DNA from: Phoronis australis
Lineage: Eukaryota > Animalia > Phoronida
Direction: 5' to 3'
Length of the DNA: 64,000 nucleotides
Assembly: GCA_002633005.1 (NCBI GenBank)
Contig: NMRA01000633.1
Span: 149,944 to 213,943, forward strand
This document shows positions 24,845 through 38,893 of this stretch, in pieces; positions within the stretch are counted from its first letter, which is position 1; each line of letters begins with the position of its first letter. The notes beneath the pieces are model-generated. The model made no database searches. It had not been told where the DNA came from and was given only the letters and a program-made list of their open reading frames with translations. Made by a program: the position numbers and the translations under genes.

Positions 24845-26669
24845 TGGCAAGTCGGATTGTAACTGTTGTCACCAGTATGGATGGTGACCGTTCTTCAGGC
24901 ATAGACATATGATAAAGTGTATTTGAACAGTGGATACTCAAGTGAAAAATAAATAGCAATAAAGATTCCAGGAGAATGAACTCAAGATATGACTAGATGG
25001 AGACTGTATTGTTACCATGGAGACTGCTATGAGAGGGCACGGCCAAAATCACACTGATGAGATAATTTGCACATTTTAAAGGGAAACGTTTAAAAAATTA
25101 AACTTCAGTTAAAAAATCTGACCCCCAATATACTATTCCAATACACAGACACCAAATGTCCAACAAATATAACATTACATCTTTCTGCGAGATCAAGGTT
25201 CATGTTTTGCCAAAAATATGTAAAATGAGCCAATGTAATCATTTGCTACGAAATCATTTCATGCAACCGACCCAAAACACAAGAGTGTCACTAGTCAGTC
25301 AAGGTGTGACAAAAATGGTTAATAAAGTACGTTACAGGTTGTTACCACTTAAAAATGCCCATCATCAACTTTTGCAACACAAAACAGCTCACCGGGTAAG
25401 AGCGGAATCACATGTTGATTCCGGCAGAGCAGCAACTTGACATGTATTCCTTTAAACTAAGCGTACAGCGACAAGGCAACTGGCAGACTCAGTTTCTAAC
25501 AACGTGTACACCGGTAATTTAGTGATTGTGAGAAACTAGGCATCCCAGTTACCCTCAGTCACGTTTGCGCACTCATCGAAAACGACTGGTAGTGACTGAG
25601 TTATAACCATTGAAGAGTACGCTAGGAGGTGCTTGCAATCACGTGACTTACAAACAGACTTGTGTATATTTGCCGCTGTAACTTAGATATTTGGGTTAAG
25701 TTATGTACTTTCCATCAGTATTCCTTTTTATGCAATAGATCAGCTTTCTTTACATACAATCCTTAAGATCAAGTTTTGAGTAAATATCCACATTTCAAGG
25801 AGAGCATAGTCCGCAGAATTGGTCCAAGCTATAGACATCACATTATAATGATGCCTAATTGATCTAAGCATATTGTTGTTTTAGTGTAAAATTAGGTCAC
25901 GTGACCATCACATAGCCGTTAAAAGGTCACCACTAGTTGCAGTGAGGCAGACATCGGGTTAGACCAGCGAAACTGAGTGGAACCAGTGGCAAGAAAGCAG
26001 AACATGTGCAACTGACGGCAACTGAGCAATCAGTGGTACGCAGTCAGTGGTATGAAGATGCACATCACAAACCAATCAGTTTCCATCAATTGCTCTCAGT
26101 TGTCGGTTAACCTCTTTACAACTGGTTGTGTTCAGTTTTAAGGCCTATGTACGCTAGGCTTTAGGTCTAATGTTATTTAAAGTCCAGAGCACCTTTAAAG
26201 TCTTTCATATGAGTACTTTTTGCTTCTACAATTTTCCAAAAACTAAAGATATCTTTACAAACATGGGACACTAACACAAAAACAATACCAGGGTTTCCCC
26301 TGGGTGTAAACTTCTGGGCAGCCCGCCACTCTCCTTTATGGCCCTGCCACTCGTAAATCGTACACAAATTGACCGCTACACACCCAATCGTGATGGGGAA
26401 ACTTCACTGCCACGCAAAAATCGCTAGTAAATATGATTGCTAGTAAAATGGTCCCTACGCTGGCCAACGCCAATCCACTATCACTGATTTGTTTAGCAAT
26501 ACGATATCAATGGGTGTTTCGTGACACGAATTAGTTTATTACGTCTACAAAGTTCAAATATTTTTTGTTCTATTTTTGTCACTTCGTGGATAATTGAATT
26601 TTAACATTTTTTTTGTACTGAAGTGCAACAGAGATCACACTCATGCGGGACACTTCATTGTCAATTAGT

Positions 26670-26841
26670 CTTGTGAAGTGTCCTTTACCCAGATACTTCC
26701 ACTACATAATGCTTGTGAAGTGTCCTTTACCCAGATACTTCCACTACATAATGCTTGTGAAGTGTCCTTTACCCATATACTTCCACTACATAATGCTTGT
26801 GAAGTGTCCTTTACCCAGATACTTCCACTACATAATGCTTG
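26670..26841. repeat. 42-bp tandem repeat x4 (CTTGTGAAGTGTCCTTTACCCAGATACTTCCACTACATAATG)
   Basis: Four near-identical units; source of the repetitive ORFs. Confidence 0.95.
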
Positions 26842-27599
26842 GATTAAGGCCTTGTCTCCACCTAATTACATCTAATTTCCACACATTGCCTGGGGAAGGT
26901 CTCCCAATCCCTCCCCCCCATGGGAGGATCTCACTTCATCCCATGCTCGCATGTTACAGAGCCGGGTTCCGCATCCGTGTCAAGCATTCACCACCACGCT
27001 CCTTTCAAAACCCAGGCAATAGGGGGATCCCACTTCTCATATTTGCGTGCGGTAACGGGCTTTGCACCCCATTTTGGCCATTCACCACCCCGCTCCTTTC
27101 AAAACCCAGGGGAAACACTGAATACAATCATTAGATTAAAATTTTGTTTAATTTACATTCTATAATGTGGTCCAACTGTTTAATTTTAACAAGTTGAATT
27201 CTACTAAGAATAACTAGATGACACTTTTGACATAACAAAACTTTTCAGCACTTTTTTGTGACGGATGTACGGCACCATGATATCCAGGAGTTGGCTTTAA
27301 ACCCCAATAGGTCGACAATCTACGGGTCAAGATATTTGTTTATACAGTTTAGGATTCATGTGACTGCACAAATTTGATAATATAGTGAAATACCCATGTT
27401 TAGCTTATTTATGACAATAATTCGCAGCACACAGAGTCAAGTGACCCCCAAAATTGGTTCCATTTAAGAAAAAAGTTACAGGAAATTCAAGAGAGACTGA
27501 GCTTTCAGATGAGACCATCAGACCAGAAATGCTACTCTAGTCACAATTTTAATTTTTTGTCTTTGGGTTGACCTTTCATGGAATTGCCCAAAAATAGCC

Positions 27600-27930
27600 A
27601 CTAGATAGCGCAAAATACATCAAATTCATCTGAAAACGGGAGGTTAGCGTCACCTCACCAATAGATACCTATAAAAAGTCCATAAAGGACCTTTGAAGAT
27701 ACAGAGGCAAACATAAATAACGTAACTTGCCACTAGGGGACACACCGGTAGTCAAACCAGTACGAAAATTTGCTCACGCCGTCTCATTCATGAAAGGAAC
27801 ATATGTACAAAATTTCATGAACATACATCTCAAGGTTTTGGAGATAGAGCAGCCGACGTTGAACGAATGGCGGACGGATGCCCGACGGACGGACGGACAG
27901 GGATTACAACATAATGCGCCTACTTAAAAA
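27600..27930 (+). mobile_element. HINE/pearl-like non-autonomous element 3' part with (ACGG)n microsatellite
   Basis: ACAAAATTTCATGAA..GAGATA core followed by CGGACGGA repeats and an ACATAATGC end; boundaries approximate. Confidence 0.5.
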
Positions 27931-28256
27931 AGAAAAATGGTCGACACGTCACCAACAATAGGCTTCCAGCTACTCACAAAAAAATACTGTGCATAAATTT
28001 CATGTTGATCCGATAACAATTGCGATGTGTGGCGTGCAAACAAAGAAACAAAGATGCAAAAAATCTAATTTTATGGCAATGCAACATATTTGCAGAAATT
28101 TCAAAGCAACATACTTGCAAAAATGTCATTTCACTAAGTACTGAAAGACCTCTGAAGAGTGACACTTAATTGGTGAGATCGAATAAAAATTCAAACGTAA
28201 GATCGACAACAAAGCCAAGAACATAATCAACTATGAGCTTGGCACTTATTACACCA

Positions 28257-28403
28257 AGTCATTACGTACATAGCAAGTCATTACATAGCAAGTCATTACA
28301 TAGCAAGTCATTACATAGCAAGTCATTATATAGCAAGTCATTATATAGCAAGTCATTATATAGCAAGTCATTATATAACAAGTCATTATATAGGAAGTCA
28401 TTA
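28257..28403. repeat. 15-bp minisatellite (AGCAAGTCATTA[C/T]AT), left part
   Basis: ~9 units directly visible. Confidence 0.95.
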
Positions 28404-30803
28404 CCGTAATCGTTCGGGTTAACGCCCTGGGCGGTTAAATTGGCGAATCCAAAAACTCGAGGAGGGCGGTTAACCGAGCAGTGGGCGGTTAAATCGAAAA
28501 TCCACCTAAAGTAGGGGATGGGCGGTTAACCGAACATGGGCGCTTATTACGACAGACAACCGCCCTAGGCGGTTAATCTTACCTGGCGATCTAAATCCCG
28601 ACACGGTAATCATACTCGGAACGCGTAGCCCTTTTCAAAGAGCTTTATCGTCACGTCGCATAATGACTGTGAAAACGTCATAACAGCGGAGGATCCCAAC
28701 AAAGGTTCTCTTGCCCTCAGATTAGTCATTCACAATTAAATTTACAAAATTGCTGAGTAATAGCCGTCCTGCGGTGCGCAGACCACCAGTCACCACGCAG
28801 CCTCCACTAGAATTAAAACTGTTTCAAGATGTGACCCTGCTTAAGTGCGCGCGTGCAAGCTTCACGTGTTGCAGAGGTCAGACATCAAATTATGGTTACA
28901 GTCTCGTACTATATGTAGCTGTCAAGTTCGGAGTCAGAGAGCAGTTTTAAAATTGGTTGTAATAAAAGTTTGAAAAACTTAACTCTGCTGTTTTTTTGTG
29001 TTTGGGATGTTATAGTCGACACTCCGTGACTCAATGACATTTTCAGCGTATGGTTCTGCGGCTAGCTGTCTTATCTCGACAGCCCGGCATTGCTCTCTTG
29101 CCGTTGCGCCAAACATGCTATGCAAAGAAGTAAGACAAGGATCCGGGGTGGTCGAGCCAGTCGTCGATCAAGAATAAAATTTCAAGCAACTGCATAAATA
29201 TGTTACAAAATGTCAGAAAACAGCAATGTTTCAATTCATTATTCTAAACGATCACCTTACCAAACTTCGTAGTGGAAAAACATTTATTTTTCATGCAAGA
29301 TGTCCAGATTATCCTATTTATATCACTTGTAATATCGCACTGCGGCACTGTTCGGTCCCGCTGTTATTGCGCAATGTCTCAGTCGGCTGACAATTGTGAC
29401 TTGGAAATGCCGTCAAGTAATATAACGGCCTCTTTCAATATGCATCTCGTTTTTTATGGCCAAAGATAGTGGCGGTATTCAGCACGCACGTAGGGCCTAC
29501 GTGTGAGTCACCTGTCAATCACATGTTGGTGTCAAGGTAACATGTACTCCAAAGTGTGGGAACTTGCGCACGTGCACCACTACAAATCAGTCACACATAG
29601 CGACAGCCCGACGAAGTAACAAAAACGGGCGTGACTATGTACTTTTAAGCTGTTGTTACGAAAGACCCAGTTCTTTACGATATTCCTCCGTTGCCAATGT
29701 TACCCAAAACTGAGATGTCAAGTCTATTCCCATATTTCCCGGCTCGATGCTCCCTATGCCCATGCGTGAATCTCCCCACTATCGTCAAGCTGTCTACGTC
29801 GTAGATATTTCAGACTCGAATGGTAAGAATTTTTGTTCAGGCTGAAAATGGCCAATGTATGAACAAAATTATTCTGGTTGGCTAAAAAGGGGATGTGGAA
29901 ACGATAATTCACACAATCACGCTTACGTGGGGGCTGACGCAAGAAATAGTAAAGAACAGCCAGCGACATTAGTTAAATCTGCTAACCAGTTTGACTGAGA
30001 TGCAATAAGCGAAAAACAAAATTTGATTAGCCGTTTTTTATTACTTGAAGATCATACACAAACATACATTATTGCCAACGTTTGAATTCAGAAATCGACA
30101 GGCAGCAACGAAATCGGTAACCCAGTAGGGCACTTGTACTGTCCCTTCGGTCGCCCCACATCCTCTATAACCCGGCAGTAATATTCATCGAAATATTGAG
30201 AATTTGACATCTTTCCGTGAGTTGTGAGATTTGTTCAAATACGTGAGCTTCCCACCTTAATAGAATTTGGAGGGTTGGCAAAACCATCATCACATTTGTC
30301 TGGCCTGATTTTTTCGAATAGATGTTTTATCTAGTGCACTGCAGACGGAAACTCAGCGCGGCAGACAAAGTCGCTGAAAGCGGAGGTTTTGACGCCGGCG
30401 GCGTTCTTAAATTTAGCAAACAAGGGAAAAAAATAAAGTGACAAAAAGGTTCAAGTATAATATTTTGAAGTGAGTTCATGACCCAAGACAATAACTCGTT
30501 ACCTGTATTGTAATTCAGATTGCTAAACCACCGTCTCTGAGTCGCGGCGTCGTTGCACTCGTTGTGATCATCGATCTTTTTCTAAAAGTCGGGGAATCGC
30601 GCGTTTCCTTAGCACTAGGCCATAAATCTTCATTCTTTAAAAGTCGGGGATGGGCGCTTAACCGAGAGGTGGGCGCTTAACTGGAAATCTTCAAAAATCG
30701 CAGGGGGGCGCTTAACCGAGCAATGGGCGGTTAAATCGAAAATCCACTTAAAGTCGGGGATGGGCGGTTAACTGAGCATGGGCGTTAACCCGAACGATTA
30801 CGG
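28404..30803 (+). mobile_element. 2400-bp non-autonomous DNA transposon, 24-bp TIR CCGTAATCGTTCGGGTTAACGCCC, TA TSD
   Basis: Perfect TIRs; TA duplicated within a minisatellite unit (GTCAT-TA | TA-TATAGC); arrays of TTAA[C/G]CGCCC subterminal motifs; no long ORF. Confidence 0.95.
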
Positions 30804-31066
30804 TATATAGCAAGTCATTACATAGCAAGTCATTACATAGCAAGTCATTACATAGCAAGTCGTTACATAGCAAGTCGTTACATAGCAAGTCATTACACAG
30901 CAAGTCGTTACACAGCAAGTCGTTACACAGCAAGTCGTTACACAGCAAGTCCTTATATAGCAAGTCGTTATACAGCAAGTCGTTATATAGCAAGTCGTTA
31001 TATAGCAAGTCATTATATAGCAAGTCATTATATAGAAAGTCATTATATAGCAAGTCATTATATAGC
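30804..31066. repeat. 15-bp minisatellite, right part (~17 units)
   Basis: Continuation of the 28257-28403 array. Confidence 0.95.
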
Positions 31067-33354
31067 CCGTAAGGATAAAGGATCGCTCCGCAAACATTGT
31101 TCAAAAATTGGCTGTCACAGTGCCATCTTGCATCCAATTTCGCTCAAGACCCAAAGTCCTTAGGCTATTGAATAAATTTATGCACTTTCATGTCTTTCAG
31201 GCGAAAAAAAGCGATTTCTAGCTCAAATATGGTATGGTAACAAAGTGAAGATATAAATAACTTGTCAACAACATCTCAGAAGTAAATCTCGAATATTGCA
31301 AGAACATCAAGTTGTAGCAAGAAACGGGTTTCACAATATTAATAGCTATTGAAAAATCTATCCTCATACTAAATTTCAGACAGATCCGTCAAGGGATGCC
31401 AGATACAGACCAAAAACTCAGTTATTTGGAAACCAGTCTTCGGAAAAAACTTGAATAATTCCAGAATGGTAAGAGCTGGAGAAAAACAAAATTAGACACC
31501 TGCGATAGCTCTTTAGATAGCCTTTCTAAGGAAAAAATCAGAATAATCCCCACCAGAAATAGCGGGGCTATGATTCCACAACTAAAAAATGGAAAAATGG
31601 CCGTAATGGCGCCATCCTGTTTCCGATTTTAAGGATATCTCCAACCTTAGTTAGTGGCCTCCATTCTAACTCCTATGTCAAAAAAACTAAGCTTTGTCAG
31701 CTAGTAAAAGTATATATTTTCTGAAAGAACAAAAACCAGAAAATATAAACTTTTTGTATTTATGTGCAATTATTATTTTTACGTAAAAACCTTTCTGAAG
31801 TCAAAATTTCATTTTTAAGAAAGGTACATTCATAGCAAAATAACCCCTTGGTCGATTTTAATGAAATCTTTTTTAACTTTCACCAGTTACCTCAAAATTA
31901 CCGTTAGGAATTTTCGATTAGTCTGTTCGTTTGGTTTCTATGACAAAATTACAAATCAACTCGCAAAACATAAGGTATTTTTGTAAAAAATTGAAGTCAT
32001 ATTCGTCTTTGCCACATTACGCAAAAACTAGAGCTTTATTAAAAAACCTAACAGCGTTTTTGAGATTGATGACTAAATATTAAGTTTGGAAAGTTTCAGC
32101 GAAATCCATCCAGCTATTTCACTGTTCACTCGCAATGTCAACTGATTTTGCAGTGCGTAACTAACTTAATTATCATTAAAACCTCAAATAGACGTATTGT
32201 TCCCAGCCAACTTTTACTCTTGTTTACGCCCTACTTTCTAAGTAGGTCACACTTCATAGCCTGTACACGTCACGTGCGGGGAGACTGATACGAAATCAAG
32301 TAAGAAATGGGTTACAAAAATCAAATCGGTGGTTAAAGTATGTCGTTAGCATGAGCTCTAAACATCGAAATGTCAACTCATTAACTGAATTAAGGAATTA
32401 GGGTGAGGATTTATCTCTTTTCACAACTTTCTGTGTTCATGACCACAGACGCCTGAGGCGCCTCGTAGCATTCGTTTTCAACGCCAACGGTCGTATGCAT
32501 GTAGATACACAACTCTCTTAGGATCAAAACTATCTTTTGTCTTCGTTTCCCGGCACCATTCTACCATAAGTACACCTCGTTGGCTCAATGTTACGGCGAC
32601 TGAAAGGACTGAGGGTATGTGAAGCTGTTCTGTACCTGGCGGGAGATTCGATTTAATTGAAAGCTCTTTAACCTTTGACCTTGGATAAGTAGTAAACAAA
32701 TATCCACAAGGTTGTGCAGTTACAAAGTGGTTCTGCTAAATCTTTTGTTTCTCGCTAGGCTGTAAATATTTTGTATTTGGAGTTCCCCGAGAATGAAGAT
32801 AAGGTATTTTGCTAGACACAAGTGAAATATTGTAAAAATGGCCAATTTTTGTTCATAAGGTTGGAGATAATCTTAACCAAAAACAATAGTCTTTGTTGTT
32901 CAGATAACAACTGCAATCTCTTGCGTGTGAACAAAGAAACAAACAAAGTTTATGATAAAGCAACATACCTGAACAAATTTCATTTCACCAAGTAAAAACA
33001 AAAAACAAATTTATGATAAAGCAAGATACACAGCAAAATTTTATTTCACCAAGTAATTACAATAGCGACACAGACTTAGAAAAAAATTTGCCAAGGATGA
33101 TGACAGTATTTGTAAGGCCCAGAGCAGACCACAAAAGCATCATACCAGTAACAGCAGCTGCAATACAAGTGTACATTCCATGTTTTGCTTTATTAATTGA
33201 GACTAATGAGTTACAGAGCTCTAAGCAAGCCAACCATTGGTGGCATGCTATTGCACACTTTAAAACATCTGACCATGACTTGACATTCTTGGGACACTTG
33301 TTGAACAACCTGGGAATCACTTTGGGTGGCCATTTGGAGTGTAGGCCAGCCTCC

Positions 33355-33483
33355 CGTTCAGTAACGCTAGGACCTAGCTAAAAAGCAAGACTTCGCGAGA
33401 TTACGTGAGATATTGCCGTGCATTTCAAATTAGAACACGTGACTTTGACTAGGTTTTAGCTAGGTCCTAGCGTCTACTGAACG
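33355..33483. mobile_element. ~130-bp palindromic MITE-like element
   Basis: CGTTCAGTAACGCTAGGACCTAGCTAAAA ... TTTTAGCTAGGTCCTAGCGTCTACTGAACG. Confidence 0.7.
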
Positions 33484-35026
33484 CACGCCAGCACTGTCTA
33501 CCTGATTTATGAAAACAGCAGGGGGCAACATCTGTATCCTTAAAAGACATTGGTTTTCGTGGTAACAGACAGAATTAACTGGATCACAGTTGTATCATGG
33601 AATACCGTGTTTCAAAGAGAATTCAAATATTTCAATAGCAGAAACAATAATTCTTGAATTGATGGTTTTCAATAGTCGAACATCAAAAACATAATCCTCC
33701 AAAATCATTACCTTAGACCAAATTCAGCAATAATTCAACTAGAGACAATCGCTAGTTATAAATTCTCTCTGAAGGTGGCACCTGTTTTTTTCCAGTTTTT
33801 GCAAGTTGAGCGTGTAGCAAGTACAGCTGCAGAACAGCAAAGAAAAGTTCAATAGAGATACCATACCATTTTTATGGCACTGACTTGGTAATTGGTATTT
33901 ATTACATTGAAATAGAAAATAGAGTTTGATAATTTAAAAAATGGAAATACAGAATTTTCGGTTAACTAAAATATCTGCTTTTACAAACTGAAAGCCCTTG
34001 TGTCCATAGGCTATACTTCATGTGAAGCACCATGTTTACCCATCAATACATTAAACTAGGCACATAGGATCACTAACTCAAATATATAGGGCAAGCTTTG
34101 CTGCAGAAAAACATCACCTTTTGAAATTCTATATAAAACGCCCAAGAACAAGTCACAAAATTGTCATTTGTTGATTTTTCTATGACTGTATGCTTAACTA
34201 CAAATACGCAATCAAAATTTTGGTCATCATAGTTTCGTGACATTGAAGTATGGTTCTATGATAGAACGATAGGACAATGGCAATAACAAAGTAGACGGTC
34301 CCCATGATTCTATGATACTGTGTATTAAACTGGATGAACATTTATTCTAACTTGGAATTTTATTCACCCCCAGGCAAAAGGAAAACCTAAGAATAAATAA
34401 CTGTAACACACAATTGACCAAAGAGTGTATAGATGGAAAGTGATGCTTACACAAAGGAGAAGTCCATACTGTCAGGCTATTATTTACATTCTTGTCTGTC
34501 TCTATGGATGTCAAGCTGCTTTCAGAACTGGCTGGTGCCATTAAGAAAGTGCTAGACAAATCAGGAGGACATAAAATAATGGACCATAAGAGCAGACTTA
34601 GTCCCTGGAGGTCAAGTGTCAAGGGTTATCTATGTGAATGACTCCTGCATTATGATATTCTGAAAAATGTCCAAGGGAGTAAGCGGGCTTCAAAATTTTC
34701 AGCAGCTGCATTTCTCAACAGAGGGATGGAATTTCAAAAGTGTTCAACCAATGTTTTGGATGTTTTGAACCTTTTGGCATCAATTTCCTTTCAATTATTT
34801 TTGTAATTTGGTGACCTAATGCAAGTACAAAATATAAAAGAACTGAGTCATATATCGGTTGCAATACAGTAAAGTTGACAGGGTTAATTTCAATGTTAAA
34901 GCAAGTTGCAGCTATCCTTAAGAACAACTTACATAAATATTAGTCCACCCAATAGTTCTAAAACTAATTTACAGATGACCTCAAGTGACACGGAACACAG
35001 AACACAGCTAAAAATTCTTCAGTTTG

Positions 35027-36462
35027 CAGTGCTCAACTTGGCGACCTCACGGGTGAGAAACAACGTGACCGCCAGTCCTCTAAACAGGACCTACGGGGAT
35101 CAAATGGGACCGCAGCACCAGAAAATGGGACTGACGCACCTAAAAACATGACCGCCCCACCACAAAACAGGACCGCCGGGGACTACAACCGCAATGACTA
35201 ACAGGCTAAGATTTATTACCGTTAGGCCTACACAGATCATACAATGGGGCTATTATATGCGTAAACATATGCAGGTCTTGTGCCCATTAATCCACCGAAA
35301 TCTTTTGTGCGTAACAGAGGACAGTGTCGATTTGTAATACGCGGCGCTTTTGAGTTTTACTCATCACCAGGCTCCCGGCTGCGGTATGTGACTTATAAAC
35401 AGTTGAAAGGTCAACATTTAATAAATTAGATTTATTAAATGTTGTTTAACAACCACGTTGTGCGCTTTTGAGCAAAATAATAATAATTTTATCCACTGCG
35501 TAAGTTTTAGAACAAAATGAAAATCATTTTCTCCAATTTGACGTTTAAAGTTAGTCAAGTAAAAAACGGGCGTTCTGGTTCTCGGGTGAAGCATCATCAT
35601 ACTAGCTGCCTTTGTGCGGCAAAGCTGTATATTTAGTATAGCAAAGCTGTATACTAAATATACAGCTTTACGCCGATGTGGGTAAGAAACTGAACATGTA
35701 AAATCTTCACCCGGCGATTTGTGTTATTAACGACACTCTTCCTTCAGTAAACTAAATTATTTCATCAGCGCTTGAGAAAAATTGTCGTTTTGTCGTTATT
35801 CTGCGTTCTCTTAAGTCGTCTTACATTGGCCGGTTCCTTTACCCCCGATTCTTCAGTCAACTGTTCTTCTACAAGGTTGCGAATTATCGAAACTTGTTTC
35901 ATTTCGTTATAAGTTTTTAGTATTTTAATACCAGCAAACCGAATTTCAGAACAAATCTTGTTGCCGCGAAGTTGGCATCATCTTCCGAAAGATGTCGCAA
36001 AATTTTTCTGAGGAAATGGCGCATGCACATGTCACGAGCGCGACAGACTTATTGTTACAATAGTTCATAGATTGTTTTTCACTCAATTGGTTGCAACCTG
36101 CAAGGTGAGTGTTGGTTGACGCCTAGATTTTGCATGTGCCTGCGCCGGTCGCGTGCTCTACTACATGTTGATGTAAGTTTCATGACGAGGTGAATAGCAG
36201 AACTACCCGGGCTGTGGGAAATTTCGGGGATGTAACGGAGCTCAATAACGCTTTATTTTGGCGATAGTCTTTACACAGCTATCTGACCGGTTACGTCATA
36301 ACCCGCAGTATCATACAAAGGCCTTAACTACTCAGTCCCAGGCGGTCCTGTTTTGTGGTAGGGCGGTCATGTTTTTAGGTGCGTCAGTCCTATTTTGGGT
36401 GAGTCGGTCCGATTATGAAGACCGGTGGTCATGTTGTTTCTCACCCGTGGACCTGCACTCTG
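35027..36462. mobile_element. ~1.4-kb element with long (~130 bp) imperfect inverted termini, hAT-like CAGTGCTCAAC start
   Basis: 35048-35183 is an imperfect revcomp of 36333-36449; no 8-bp TSD recognisable. Confidence 0.7.
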
Positions 36463-36548
36463 GTCATCAATGCAACTTCTGATTGTTTGGCGAAGTGGGA
36501 AAAATTGTAAGACAATGTCTCAACAGCGATTATTGAAGTCCGTCAATA

Positions 36549-38893
36549 CCGTAATCGTTCGGGTTAACGCCCATGCTCAGTTAACCGCCCATCCCCGACT
36601 TTAAGTGGATTTTCGATTTAACCGCCCATTGCTCAGTTAAGCGCCCCCCTGCGATTTTTGAAGATTTCCAGTTAAGCGCCCACCTCTCGGTTAAGCGCCC
36701 ATCCCCGACTTTTAAAGAATGAAGATTTAGCATCTAGTGCTAAGGAAACGCGCGATTCCCCGACTTTTAGAAACAGATCGACGATCACAGTGAGTGCAAC
36801 GAAGCCGGGACTCCGAGACGGTGGTTTAGCAATCTGAATTACAATACAGGTAACGAGTTATTGTCTTGGGTCATGAACTCACTTTCGCCGGCGTCAAAAC
36901 CTCCGCTTTCAGCAACTTTGTCTGCCGCGCTGAGTTTCCGTCTGCAGTGCACTAGATAAAACATATATTCGAAAAAATCAGGCCAGAGAAATGTGACAAT
37001 GGTTTTGCCAAACTCCAAATTCTATTAAGGTGGGAAGCTCTCGTATTTTGAACAAATCTCACAACTCACGGAAAGATGTCAAATTCTCAATATTTTGATG
37101 AATATAACTGCCAGGTTATAGAGGATGTGGGGGCGACCCAAGGGACAGTAAAAGTGCCTTACTGGGTTACTAGTACTGATTTCGTTGCTGCCTGTCGATT
37201 TCTGAATTCAAACGTTGGCAGTAATTATGTTTGCGTATTATCTTGAAGAAATAAAAAAACGGCTAGTCAAATTTTGTTTTTCGCTTATTGCATCTCAGTC
37301 AAACTGGTTAGCAGATTTAACTAATGTCGCCGGCTGTTCAATCTTTACTATTCTTGTGTCAGCCTGCACGTAAGCGTGACTGTGTGAATTATCGTTTCCA
37401 CGTCCCCTTTTTAGCCATCCAGAATAATTGTGTTTATACATTGGCCATTTTTTAGCCTGAACAAAAATTCTTACCATTCGAGTCAGAAATATCTACGACG
37501 TAGACTGCTTGACGATAGTGGGTAGGAGATTCACACAGCTAGTTACAGGGATGGGCTTAGGGAGCAATAGACTTGACATCGCAGTTTTGGGGAACATTGG
37601 CAACGGAGGAATATCGTAAAGAACTGGGTCTTTCGTAACAACAGCTTAAAAGCACGATAGTCACGCCCGTTTTTGTTACTTCGAACTGTCGCTATGTGTG
37701 ACAGATTTGTAGTGGTGCACGTGCGCAAGTTCCCACACTTTGGAGTGCATGTTACCTTGACACCAATATGTGATTGACAGGTGACTCACACGTAGGCCCT
37801 ACGTGCGTGCTGAATACCGCCACTATCTTTGGCCATAAAAAACGAGATGCATATTGAAAGAGGCCGTTATATTACTTGACGGCATTTCCAAGTCACGATT
37901 GTCAGCCGACTGAGACATTGCGCGATAACAGCGGGACCGAACAGTGCCGCAGTGCGATATTACAAGTGATATAAATAGGATAATCTGGACATCTTACATG
38001 AAAAATAAATGTTTTTCCACCACGAAGTTTGGTAAGGTGATCGTTTAGAATAATGAATTGAAAAATTGCTGTTTTCTGACATTTTGTAACATATTTATGC
38101 AGTTGCTTGAAATTTTATTCTTGATCGACGACTGGCTCGACCACCCCCGATCCTTGTCTTACTTCTTTGCATAGCATGTTTGGCGCAACGGCAAGAGAGC
38201 AATGCCGGGCTGTCAAGATAAGACAGCTAGCCGCAGAACCATACGCTGAAAATGTCATTGAGTCACGGAGTGTCTAATATAACATCCCAAACACAAAAAA
38301 CAACAGAGTTAAGTTTTTCAAGCTTTTATTACAACCAATTTTAAAACTGTTCTCTGAGTCGGAACTTGACAGCTATATATAGTACGAGACTGTAACCATA
38401 AATTTGATGTCTGACCTCTGCAACACGTGAAGCTTGCACGCGCGCACTTAAGCAGGGTCACATCTTGAAACAGTTTTAATTCTAGTGGAGGCTGCTAGGT
38501 CACTGGTCGGGTGCGCACCGCAGGACGGCACGGGGCTATTACTCAGCAATTTTGTAAATTTAATAGTGAATGATTAATCTGAGAGCAAGAGAACCTTTGT
38601 TGGGATCATCCGCTGTTGTGATGTTTTCACAATCGTTTGGCAACGTGACGATAAAGCTCTTTGAAAAGGGCTACGCGTTCTGAGTGTGATTGTCGTGTCG
38701 GGACTTAGATCGCCAGGTAAGATTAACCGCCCAGGGCGGTTGTCTGTCGTAATAAGCACCCATGTTCGGTTAACCGCCCATCCCCTACTTTAGGTGGATT
38801 TTCGATTTAACCGCTCACTGCTCGGTTAACCGCCCTCCGATTTTTTGGATTCGCCAATTTAACCGCCCAGGGCGTTAACCCGAATGATTACGG
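36549..38893 (-). mobile_element. Second, inverted copy of the 2.4-kb element
   Basis: End-to-end revcomp of 28404-30803 with scattered substitutions and a ~65-bp deletion; flanks TA / TG. Confidence 0.95.

Noticed and set aside
25076-26198. Possible Kolobok-like element (TTAAAGG...CCTTTAA)
   Set aside because: Terminal match too short to distinguish from chance
26643-27134. 163-aa ORF with LVKCPLPRYFHYIM repeats
   Set aside because: Translation of a 42-bp tandem repeat; no domain recognised
30748-31137. Repetitive ORFs (NDLLY/NDLLC, TTCCV)
   Set aside because: Translation of a 15-bp minisatellite that a transposon has split
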